In this document: positions 19,446 through 30,565 of the stretch, one piece after another
How the letters are laid out: each line of letters opens with the position of its first letter
Position numbering within the stretch: the first letter of the stretch is position 1
From: an uncultured Verrucomicrobiota bacterium
Lineage (GTDB): Bacteria > Verrucomicrobiota > Kiritimatiellia > RFP12 > UBA1067
Direction: 5' to 3'
Length of the DNA: 59,133 bases
NCBI GenBank assembly: GCA_946610035.1
Contig: CAMOCC010000006.1
Span: 1 to 59,133 of the forward strand
Position numbers and translations under genes: made by a program
The notes under the pieces: generated by a model
What the model was told of the DNA's origin: nothing
Seen by the model: the letters and a program-made list of their open reading frames with translations, nothing else
Databases searched by the model: none

Positions 19446-19696
19446 GGCTTAGGAAAAGTTTTCTCAAGCAGATCCTTCATAACGCCGCGGTCGACGTTCG
19501 TATAGGTCCGCCCGTTCACGATGACGACCGGGCCCTGAGCGCAGTTCCCAGTGCAGAGGGAGGCGCCGAGCTCGACGTCGACCTCGTCCCGAAGCCCGCG
19601 CTCTGCGAGGAACTCCTCGCAGAGCGCGACATTCTTCTCGTTCCCGCGTGCGAAGCAGGAACTTCCCATGCAGATCGTAATCGTCGGCTTATTCAT
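19442..19696 (-). CDS. Thioredoxin-like (2Fe-2S) ferredoxin, NuoE/HfsA-like
   Basis: ICMGSSCFARGN...LCTGNCAQGP; start reassigned to ATG at 19696. Confidence 0.88.
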   Translation of the reverse strand: MNKPTITICMGSSCFARGNEKNVALCEEFLAERGLRDEVDVELGASLCTGNCAQGPVVIVNGRTYTNVDRGVMKDLLEKTFPKP

Positions 19697-20498
19697 AGTC
19701 GACGACGCTGGCCCAGTGCAGGAGCAGGTCGCGGTTCTTGTCCGTCTGCTCGCGGCTCGACTCGGCGGCGGCCACGATGGGCAGCCACTTCTGCACCTCG
19801 CGCAGCGGGACCTTGAGGGCCTCGCACGCAAGCGCGATGTACTTCTCGGCCGCGGCAACGTGTCCGGAGAGCCAGAAGAGCAGGTACGTGCGCGCGACGT
19901 CCGCGCAGGGGTCGCCGAGACGCACATGGCTCCAGTCGATGACGCGCCAGTCGCCCTTAGGGGTGATGATCACGTTCGTCGGATTGAAGTCGCCGTGGCA
20001 GAGCGACGTGCCGCGCGGGAAGCTTTGGAGCTTCATGTGCAGGTCGTAGCGCGTGACCTTCTCGACGGGCGAGGCCGATATCTGCTTGTCCAGCTTCTCG
20101 ACGAGGTTGCCCATGCGGTCCGAGGTCTTGGAGAAGATCTCGCACTGGATCGCGACGAACTCCTTGAGGTACTTCGCAAGGTTCTTCTTGTCCTTCGCCA
20201 TCACGTCCGCCAGCGTCTCGCCCTCGATGAATTCGCGGCGGATGCACCAGTGGTCGCGCAGCTTGAGGACCTCCAGGACCTTCGCGACCGGGAGCCCCGT
20301 CTCCGCGGCGCGGGCCTCGTTCATTGCCTCGTTGAGGATGAGCGAGACCTTGTACTCGGGCCCGAATATCTTGAGCACCGTGTCCTTGTCGCGGCAGATA
20401 ACCTTGCCGGGGCGCTCGAGGAGGACGTCGGAGGCCTTCCTCGGTCCGCGCTTCCTGGCGACAACCTTCTTTTCAGCGGTCTTTGCTGTCTTTTTCAT
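19689..20498 (-). CDS. APH/protein-kinase-fold phosphotransferase
   Basis: LCHGDFNPTN and IDW motifs; directly downstream of adhE. Confidence 0.85.
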   Translation of the reverse strand: MKKTAKTAEKKVVARKRGPRKASDVLLERPGKVICRDKDTVLKIFGPEYKVSLILNEAMNEARAAETGLPVAKVLEVLKLRDHWCIRREFIEGETLADVMAKDKKNLAKYLKEFVAIQCEIFSKTSDRMGNLVEKLDKQISASPVEKVTRYDLHMKLQSFPRGTSLCHGDFNPTNVIITPKGDWRVIDWSHVRLGDPCADVARTYLLFWLSGHVAAAEKYIALACEALKVPLREVQKWLPIVAAAESSREQTDKNRDLLLHWASVVDYE

Positions 20499-20516
20499 TT
20501 CAATGGTTCCTTTCTA

Positions 20517-23159
<2,643 letters not shown>

Positions 23160-23482
23160 ATTTTACCTTTCTTCGCTTTTACGTATGCCGGAAGCCTTAT
23201 CCGGCACAACGGTTGTATATTATAGCCTTTTTATATCGTTACGTCAATAGCGATATTTTACTATCGATATTACGACGCATAGTTAAGTCAGACGCACTAG
23301 CCATCTGCCACAGATTATACCAAATCGAAGTTGGAATATCAAGTCGCCAAATCGCGAGTTCAAGGATTCCAAATGAAGCGCCAGCTGCGGCAAGCCGTGG
23401 CTGGCGCCTTCATTTGGAATCCTTGCCTCTTGCGGCGCAATCTGCAATATTGTATAATGGCGGAAATGGTGGAGATACTGAC

Positions 23483-24877
23483 ATGACGCTTGTTTTCTCG
23501 CTGCTGCCGATTGCTGTGCTGATACTCGCTTTGACCGCGTTCAGGCTTCCCGCGTGGTGCGCGGCGCTTGCGGCACTGGCTGCCGGCGCCGTGGAGGCGT
23601 TTTTCGTCTTCGGACTTTCCCCCGGCGCGATAGCGGGGGGAATGGCTGGCGGAGCGGCTACGGGGCTTTATCCGATAGGCCTTGTCATAGTGTCCGCCCT
23701 GTTCACATATGCGGTCACGGTCGAGTCGAACGCAATCGCGGACATAAAGGGCGCGCTCGCCGGCCTTTCGTCCGACAGCCGTTTCCTTGCGCTTCTCGTC
23801 GCGTGGGGGTTCGGGGTGTTCATGGAGGGAATGGCGGGGTTCGGGACGGCTGTCGCGATACCGTGCGCGATCCTTGTCGGCGTGAAGTTCGATCCCATGA
23901 AGGCCGTTCTCTGCTGTCTTGTCGCAAACACGACTCCGACGGCGTTCGGGTCTGTCGGTGTTCCGACGATGGTGCTTGCGGGCGAGGCGGGACTTGAGCT
24001 GGGCCGTCTGACGGTAACAATCGCATTCCTCCAGCTTCTGGCGACGTCGCTTTCTCCGTTCCTGATCCTTTTCATCGTGGACGGCTGGCGAGGGCTTCGC
24101 GAGTGCTGGCACCTTGCGCTTGTCGCGGACGTCGCGCTTCTTGGTTCGTGGCTTGCCGTCGCGCCTTTCCTTGGGTGCGAATTGCCGGACATCGTGGGCG
24201 GCCTTGTTGCGATGGTTGCGCTTGCGCTGATCGGAGGGCGGCGAGGGGCGTTCGACGTCAGGCGGCAGCTCTGGGCGTGGCAGCCGTTCGCCTACGTCGT
24301 GCTGGCCCTTGGCTGCGCGGCGTTTCTGCCGCGGGAGTACAAAGTGTCGCCCGGAATTGTCATATTCGCGGCTGCGCTTGCGGGAGGCCTCTGCCAGGGG
24401 CTTGGCTTCGGAAAGCTTGTCTGCCTCGCCGGACGAACCGCATGGCGCTATTCTCCCGCCCTGCTGACGATATGCGCCGTCCTCGCGCTCGGGAAGGTGA
24501 TGGGCGCGTCCGGCATGACACGCGTCCTGGCTGATGCGCTTATCGCCTCAACGGGGTCGTTCTATTCCGCGGTGTCAAGCGTAGTCGGTGCGCTGGCCGG
24601 CTTCGTTACCGGTTCCGGCACGAGCTCGAACGTTCTTTTCGGCGCGCTTCAGGCGTCCGTCGCCTCGTCCGAGGCGCAGCGTTATCTCTTCGCGGCCGCC
24701 AACATCATGGGCGCGGGCATCGGCAAGATGATATGTCCGCAGTCGCTTGTCCTTGGATGCGCGGCAGCCGGGCTTGCGGGACGCGAGTCGGAGGTCATGG
24801 GCAGGGCCTTCCGCTATTTCGTCCCCGTACTTGCGATCGCATGCCTTGCTACTTTCGCCGCCGCCTGCCTGCTGTAG
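23483..24877 (+). CDS. lctP: L-lactate permease
   Basis: FMEGMAGFGT, ANTTPTAFG, GFVTGSGTSSNVLFG, GKMICPQS; multi-TM; GGAG RBS before ATG 23483. Confidence 0.85.
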   Translation: MTLVFSLLPIAVLILALTAFRLPAWCAALAALAAGAVEAFFVFGLSPGAIAGGMAGGAATGLYPIGLVIVSALFTYAVTVESNAIADIKGALAGLSSDSRFLALLVAWGFGVFMEGMAGFGTAVAIPCAILVGVKFDPMKAVLCCLVANTTPTAFGSVGVPTMVLAGEAGLELGRLTVTIAFLQLLATSLSPFLILFIVDGWRGLRECWHLALVADVALLGSWLAVAPFLGCELPDIVGGLVAMVALALIGGRRGAFDVRRQLWAWQPFAYVVLALGCAAFLPREYKVSPGIVIFAAALAGGLCQGLGFGKLVCLAGRTAWRYSPALLTICAVLALGKVMGASGMTRVLADALIASTGSFYSAVSSVVGALAGFVTGSGTSSNVLFGALQASVASSEAQRYLFAAANIMGAGIGKMICPQSLVLGCAAAGLAGRESEVMGRAFRYFVPVLAIACLATFAAACLL

Positions 24878-24946
24878 GCATTCTTTGCAGCGGCATTGCC
24901 GCCAGAGGGCGATCTCGACCCGTTGTCGCTACGAGGAGGCTTCGCC

Positions 24947-25172
24947 CGGGGGGCAACGAGATATTTATGGTGCATAGTTGATGTTGGCTTATTTTGTGGC
25001 GCAGGCGCAACCACGAATCTTGGCAGGGGGTCTAGCAGGGGGTTGCGTCGCTCCGCGACGCAACGTGGAATGGTCGTGGAGCAGCCTCTCTTTCTTTCCT
25101 ATGGCGGTATATGTATGATGCGCAGATGCAGGAAAATTACCATATCCTTGCAAAAATCGCTCGTTGCACCCG
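24947..25172. mobile_element. MITE-like element with imperfect inverted termini and an internal REP hairpin
   Basis: Left end gggggcaacgagatatttatgg versus right end (reverse complement) gggtgcaacgagcgatttttgc; internal GTTGCGTCGC-TCC-GCGACGCAAC hairpin; left half matches 58745-58870, right half matches 54041-54116. Confidence 0.65.
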
Positions 25173-25254
25173 ATAAGCGTGTAACAAGTTGGCCGTAGCC
25201 ATGGACGGGGCGATATGATATAATATTGAAAAGTAAATATCCAAGGAGGGTTAC

Positions 25255-25518
25255 ATGAGGAGTCTTTTCATCGTCGCTATCGCCGCTGCGCTCGCCAGCG
25301 GATGCGTGAGCTATCACGATCGCCACCACCACTCCAAGCGTCCGAAGGAGAAGGTCGTCGTGGTGCAGCCGAGGCCTGCGCCTAAGAAGGTCGTCGTGGC
25401 ACGGCCGAAGCCCGCGCCGAAGAAAGTCGTCGTCGTGCAGCCGAGGCCCGCGCCGAAGAAGGTCGTTGTCGTCCAGCAGCCCAAGACGTCCTCGAAGCAT
25501 CATCATAGCAAGAAGTGA
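25255..25518 (+). CDS. Small lipoprotein with KKVVVVQPRPAP repeats
   Basis: Lipobox LASGC; ~36-bp tandem units; AAGGAGG RBS; TGATATAAT at 25216. Confidence 0.75.
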   Translation: MRSLFIVAIAAALASGCVSYHDRHHHSKRPKEKVVVVQPRPAPKKVVVARPKPAPKKVVVVQPRPAPKKVVVVQQPKTSSKHHHSKK

Positions 25519-27647
25519 GAACGCTCTCGGTTCTGTGGCTGCACGCGCCCGAAGCGTGCGACGCGTCCGTCATGCCCGTCGTCGAATACGGCCTTTCGGA
25601 CGCATTCCGCGACTTCTGCCACGACGCCTTCAACGTCCGCATCCCGATGGACTATCCGCCGCTCAGGCTGACGGTCCTATCCGCGCCCGAGGACCTGCCG
25701 AAGGCGCTTTTCATCGACGGCAACGCCAGGAACGGGCTTACGGAGAACGGGGACGACGTGTGCCTCTTCCTCGTGGACGATTCGCTCTACGGGGACATCG
25801 TGGACGGACTGCCGCTCAAGGAGTGGCTGAAGATATACATTCCCGCCGTGCCGAGGGTCGTCGTGGTCTATCCGGGGCACGCGCCGGTAATCGTCCCGCA
25901 GAGGCGGTGGGCGAAGAAGGAGGTGTCGGCGTTCACAGACCCCGCCCGCTCGCATGAAAGGCTGGTGCACCTCTTCCAGTCGTTCTGGCTGCCGCGGTTC
26001 TGGTCCGTCCTGAAGCAGTACGTCGCCGTCAAGGCGGGCGTCACCTGGCACACCCCGGGGCACGGCGGCGGCAATGCGTTCGCCTCCTCGCCGTTCATGC
26101 GCGGGTTCTACGAGGCGTTCGGGTCGATGATCTTCAGGTCGGACCTCTCGGTGTCCGTCGAGTCGCTGGGCGACCTCTCCAGCCCCGAGGCGCACACTCC
26201 GCTCTCCGAGGCGCAGAAACTGTCGTCCGAAATCTTCGGCACGGCGCTGAGCTGCTACGTGACGAACGGGACCTCCACATCCAACAAGGCGATGCTGATG
26301 ACGCTCCTCAAGCCAGGGGAGACGGTTCTTGTGGACCGCAACTGCCACAAGTCGGTCCACCACGCGATCGTCATGTCCGGCGCCGTGCCGCGCTACCTGC
26401 CATCGCGCTGGAACGCGCGGCTGGGCGTGTGGGGGCCTGTTTCGCTCGGCGACATCTCGCGCGAGCTTGACTCGTCGCCGACCCCGCCGCGGCTTCTCAT
26501 CCTAACGACGTGCACATACGAGGGCGTCCTGTATCCCGTTTGGGAGGTTGCGAGACTATGCGAGCGGAAGGGGACGCTCTTCTATGCGGACGAGGCATGG
26601 GCGGGCTACCTCAACTTCCATCCGTTCTACACGCACGACGAACCGGAGGGCCCGACGCGCCGCTACAACGCGGTGAACGAGACGAGCGGGGCGCACTTCG
26701 CGGTGCAGTCGACGCACAAGACCATGGCGGCGTTCTCGCAGGCGTCCATGATACACGTCTCGATGCGGTTCAAGGCGCTGCTGGAGGAGGACGCCTCGTC
26801 GCAGTACAGGTGGCTCAGGAAGCGTTTCGCGCTGCACGGACACGGCTCCTACGAAAAGTTCGTCCACGACCTCCACGAGTTCCTTCGGTACTGGCACTCG
26901 ACCTCGCCGCACTATCCGTTCCTCGCGACGCTGGATACGGCGGGCGTCCAGATGCGGCTGGAGGGGATGAAGCTCATAGACGAGCGGCTGAAGTGGGTGG
27001 CGGAGTTCAAGGCGCGAGTGGCGTCCGCCTGCGGAAGGCAGGAGGACGATTGCTTCGCGGGGCTGAAGGACATCGCCGGCTCGTTCTGGAACTGGTCCGC
27101 CTCCGGTTATTTGCAGGATCCGCTCAAGATAGTCCTGATGCTGAAGAATCCCGGGGCCTGCTCGTCGTTCAAGAAGGCGCTCAGGAAGACCCACATCCAG
27201 TGGGAGAAGTCGACGGCGACTACGATACTCTTCCTCGTGACGGTCGGGACGATGGAGGAGCACTTCGAGGATCTCTTCCGCGTATGCCGGCTCAACAAGG
27301 ACCTCATAGGGCGTCCGGAATCGCCGGCGGAGGACGACGGGGCGGTGGACGAGGCGGTCGCCGGACTTCCCGTCGTGCTGCCGCACGATGCGGCGCTGTG
27401 CGACGGCGAGCTCGTTTCGCTGGAGGAGTCGGTGGGGCGCATAGCATCGCAGTTCCTGGTGCCGTATCCGCCGGGCATCCCGGTGTTCATCCCGGGCTTC
27501 CGCATAACGGAGGCGATGGTGGACCTCGTGCGCGGCGTGATAGCGACCGAGGGGGTGTCGGCGGTCCACGGGCTGTTCTGCCGCGGAGGACACGCGCCGT
27601 TCTACGTCGAGGTGCTGAACAGGGACGAGGAAAGGCGGCTCAGGTAG
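25515..27647 (+). CDS. Orn/Lys/Arg decarboxylase family (PLP-dependent)
   Basis: HTPGHGGG, NGTSTSNK, DRNCHKSVH, DEAW, QSTHKT (PLP lysine), PYPPGIP. Confidence 0.9.
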   Translation: MRTLSVLWLHAPEACDASVMPVVEYGLSDAFRDFCHDAFNVRIPMDYPPLRLTVLSAPEDLPKALFIDGNARNGLTENGDDVCLFLVDDSLYGDIVDGLPLKEWLKIYIPAVPRVVVVYPGHAPVIVPQRRWAKKEVSAFTDPARSHERLVHLFQSFWLPRFWSVLKQYVAVKAGVTWHTPGHGGGNAFASSPFMRGFYEAFGSMIFRSDLSVSVESLGDLSSPEAHTPLSEAQKLSSEIFGTALSCYVTNGTSTSNKAMLMTLLKPGETVLVDRNCHKSVHHAIVMSGAVPRYLPSRWNARLGVWGPVSLGDISRELDSSPTPPRLLILTTCTYEGVLYPVWEVARLCERKGTLFYADEAWAGYLNFHPFYTHDEPEGPTRRYNAVNETSGAHFAVQSTHKTMAAFSQASMIHVSMRFKALLEEDASSQYRWLRKRFALHGHGSYEKFVHDLHEFLRYWHSTSPHYPFLATLDTAGVQMRLEGMKLIDERLKWVAEFKARVASACGRQEDDCFAGLKDIAGSFWNWSASGYLQDPLKIVLMLKNPGACSSFKKALRKTHIQWEKSTATTILFLVTVGTMEEHFEDLFRVCRLNKDLIGRPESPAEDDGAVDEAVAGLPVVLPHDAALCDGELVSLEESVGRIASQFLVPYPPGIPVFIPGFRITEAMVDLVRGVIATEGVSAVHGLFCRGGHAPFYVEVLNRDEERRLR

Positions 27648-27669
27648 TCCGCGGCGTGAAGAAACGCAT

Positions 27670-28533
27670 ATGGCACATTATTCCATTTACATCCCGGCGT
27701 TGTCCTTTCTTTCGGTTTTCGCCGCGCTGTCCGTTTGCGCGGCCCCGAAGTCCGCCGCGAAGAGGCCCGTCGCGCAGCCTGCCTCCGCTCCTGTCGTGTG
27801 GAAGCTGAAGTACACCGAGGACTTCAAGGGCGCGAAGCTGAACGGGAAGCTTTGGACTCGCATCGACAGGGGAGAGTCCGACTGGAACCGCAACATGTCC
27901 CTGAGGGACGATCTTGTCGAGGTGAAGGACGGGCAGCTCCATGCGTACGGGGTGAAGAACACGGATGCCGCCTCGGATTCACGCAGCGTGCTGACGGGCG
28001 GAGTGATGACGAAGGGACGCTTCGCGGTGAAGTACGGCAAGATCGAGGTGCGCTGCAGGCTCGAGGGACAGAAGGGCGCCTGGCCGGCCATCTGGATGAT
28101 GCCGGAGAATCCCGACGGACCCTGGCCGCGCTGCGGAGAGATAGACATAATAGAGCGCCTCAACTTCGATCCGTTCGTCTATCATACGGTTCATTCCGCA
28201 TGGACGGCAATCAACAAGCCTGATCCGCCGAGTGCCGGCAAGGGGACGATCAAGGGGAAGGACTGGAACGTCTACGGAATCGAATGGACGCCGGAGAAGA
28301 TCGTGTGGACGGTGAACGGAAGAAAGACGCACTCGTATGCGAAGGTGGGGGACGATCCGGAACGATATCCGTGGACATCGCCGTTCTATCTCATGATCGA
28401 CATGCAGCTCGGCGGCAGCTGGGTCGGTTCGGTGGATGAATCGACACTCCCGGTCGCGATGCATGTCGACTGGGTCAAGTTCTATTCCGGCGCCCGCGCC
28501 GGCAAGACCATCACCGAGTTCGTCCGGCCGTAG
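27670..28533 (+). CDS. Glycoside hydrolase family 16, secreted
   Basis: WPAIWMM, GEIDIIE catalytic motif, YGIEWT, DWVK; signal peptide. Confidence 0.9.
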   Translation: MAHYSIYIPALSFLSVFAALSVCAAPKSAAKRPVAQPASAPVVWKLKYTEDFKGAKLNGKLWTRIDRGESDWNRNMSLRDDLVEVKDGQLHAYGVKNTDAASDSRSVLTGGVMTKGRFAVKYGKIEVRCRLEGQKGAWPAIWMMPENPDGPWPRCGEIDIIERLNFDPFVYHTVHSAWTAINKPDPPSAGKGTIKGKDWNVYGIEWTPEKIVWTVNGRKTHSYAKVGDDPERYPWTSPFYLMIDMQLGGSWVGSVDESTLPVAMHVDWVKFYSGARAGKTITEFVRP

Positions 28534-28686
28534 GTAGTTGGTAGTTGATGGTTGGTAGTTGGTAGATGGTAGTAGATAGTTGGTAATTGGTAGTTCGTGT
28601 CCCTAAACGGCCCTAACAGACCCTAATAGACCCTATTCGGAGCTGGAGCTACCACCAATCACCAACAACCAATCACCAACCACCAG
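28533..28686. repeat. Composite heptamer-repeat palindrome (GGTAGTT)n...(ACCAATC/ACCAACC)n enclosing GACCCTA repeats
   Basis: Read directly; the arms are roughly complementary and could act as a terminator-like hairpin after GH16. Confidence 0.75.
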
Positions 28687-28786
28687 TTTTGTAATGCGCT
28701 ATGCAATGGATTTACACCGCATGTAATCAATGTCGGCGGTACGGGGCGGGGTAGGCGTTGGCACGGATGTTGCTACCCGCACCTGC

Positions 28787-30490
28787 ATGACAAAGCAATC
28801 AGCAAAGAAACGCCGTCGGGTAAAGTATGTCTTCATCACCGGAGGCGTGGTCAGTTCGCTCGGAAAGGGCATCACCAGCGCGAGCCTTGCGCTCCTCCTG
28901 AAAAGCCGGGGGTATTCGGTCTTCATGCAGAAGCTGGACCCCTACCTCAACGTCGATCCGGGCACGATGAGTCCGTTCCAGCACGGCGAGGTCTTCGTCA
29001 CGGATGACGGGGCGGAGACGGACCTCGACCTCGGGCACTACGAGCGCTTTGCGGGCGTGACGTGCTCGAAGGCGTCGAACTACACCTCCGGGCGCATATA
29101 CTCGGCGGTCCTTGCGCGCGAGCGGGAGGGCGGGTACCTGGGAGGGACGGTGCAGGTTGTCCCGCACATCACGAACGAGATCAAGGCGGCCATAAGGTCC
29201 GCCGGCGATCACGGCACTGACATAGTCCTGTGCGAGATAGGCGGCGTGTCGGGCGACATAGAGTCGCTTCCTTTCCTGGAGGCCGTGCGGCAGTTCCGCT
29301 TCGAGGAGGGCGCGGAGAACACATGCTTCGTCCATCTTACGCTCGTCCCGTACCTGAAGGCGGCCGGAGAGCTGAAGACCAAGCCGTCCCAGCACTCCGT
29401 CGGACAGCTCCGCGCGATCGGCATCATCCCGGACATCCTCGTGTGCCGCACGGAGACGGAGATCCCGCAGGAGCATCGCGAGAAGCTGGCGCTTTTCTGC
29501 AACGTCGCGCCGGAGCGCGTCATCGAGGAAAGGGACGTCACGGACTCAGTCTATGCGATACCGCGCCAGCTGCGCCGGCAGGGGTTGGACGAGCAGGTCC
29601 TCCGTCAGCTGCGACTGGACGTCCGGCCGATCAGGCACACGGTGTGGGACACTCTCGTAAGGAAGGCGACGAATCCGAAGAGGAAGTGCACGATCGCGCT
29701 CGTCGGCAAGTACATGGCGATACGGGACGCCTACAAGAGCGTCCACGAGGCGTTGCACCATGCAGGGATGGCGAACGACGCGAAGGTGGAGGTGAAGTGC
29801 ATCGAGTCCGAGGAGCTGGAGGCCGGTTCACAATGCAGGTCTGGGCGTGGCAAGGCGGGGAATCCTCTTGCCGATGTGGACGGCATCCTCGTGCCGGGCG
29901 GATTCGGAGCGCGGGGCGTCGCCGGGAAGTGCGCGGCGATACGTTATGCGCGGGAGAATGGGATCCCGTTCCTCGGAATCTGCCTCGGGATGCAGTGTGC
30001 GGTGATCGAGTTCGCGCGCGACGTCCTCGGATGGTCCGATGCCAATTCGACGGAGTTCGACGCGAAGACGGCCCATCCCGTCATCGACCTCATGGAGGCG
30101 CAGCGCGGCATTACGGCGAAGGGCGGTACGATGCGCCTGGGCGCGTATCCGTGCCTGTTGGCGGGAGGGTCGAAAGCTGCGAAGCTCTATGGATTTTCGG
30201 CCGCGGAGGGACGCAAGGGGAAGTTTGAGATTTCGGAGCGGCACCGGCACCGGTACGAGTTTGCCTTCGGCACGGAGTTCCAGCGCGAGCTGGAGAAACG
30301 GGGGCTCGGGGTTGCGGGGCTTTCGCCGGACGGGCGGCTCGTCGAGGTCGTCGAGATCCCGGGGCATCCATACTTCGAGGCTTGCCAGTTCCATCCGGAG
30401 TTCAAGTCGCGCCCGACCGCCCCGCATCCGCTCTTCAACGGCCTTGTGAAGGCGGCGCTCAAGCGCCATTCGCTTCGGGCGGGGGCCTGA
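28787..30490 (+). CDS. pyrG: CTP synthase
   Basis: [42 protein letters not shown]; start position approximate. Confidence 0.97.
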   Translation: MTKQSAKKRRRVKYVFITGGVVSSLGKGITSASLALLLKSRGYSVFMQKLDPYLNVDPGTMSPFQHGEVFVTDDGAETDLDLGHYERFAGVTCSKASNYTSGRIYSAVLAREREGGYLGGTVQVVPHITNEIKAAIRSAGDHGTDIVLCEIGGVSGDIESLPFLEAVRQFRFEEGAENTCFVHLTLVPYLKAAGELKTKPSQHSVGQLRAIGIIPDILVCRTETEIPQEHREKLALFCNVAPERVIEERDVTDSVYAIPRQLRRQGLDEQVLRQLRLDVRPIRHTVWDTLVRKATNPKRKCTIALVGKYMAIRDAYKSVHEALHHAGMANDAKVEVKCIESEELEAGSQCRSGRGKAGNPLADVDGILVPGGFGARGVAGKCAAIRYARENGIPFLGICLGMQCAVIEFARDVLGWSDANSTEFDAKTAHPVIDLMEAQRGITAKGGTMRLGAYPCLLAGGSKAAKLYGFSAAEGRKGKFEISERHRHRYEFAFGTEFQRELEKRGLGVAGLSPDGRLVEVVEIPGHPYFEACQFHPEFKSRPTAPHPLFNGLVKAALKRHSLRAGA

Positions 30491-30565
30491 TTTTTTCAAT
30501 TGCGCATTGCCCGTTGCGCCCGTTTTTGATATAATTCTCCCCATCGAATTTCAAAGGAGGCAAAG

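Noticed and set aside
19689-20498. Aminoglycoside resistance gene
   Set aside because: Only the APH fold motif is present; its place in the adhE/sensory-hydrogenase operon argues for a regulatory or metabolic kinase.
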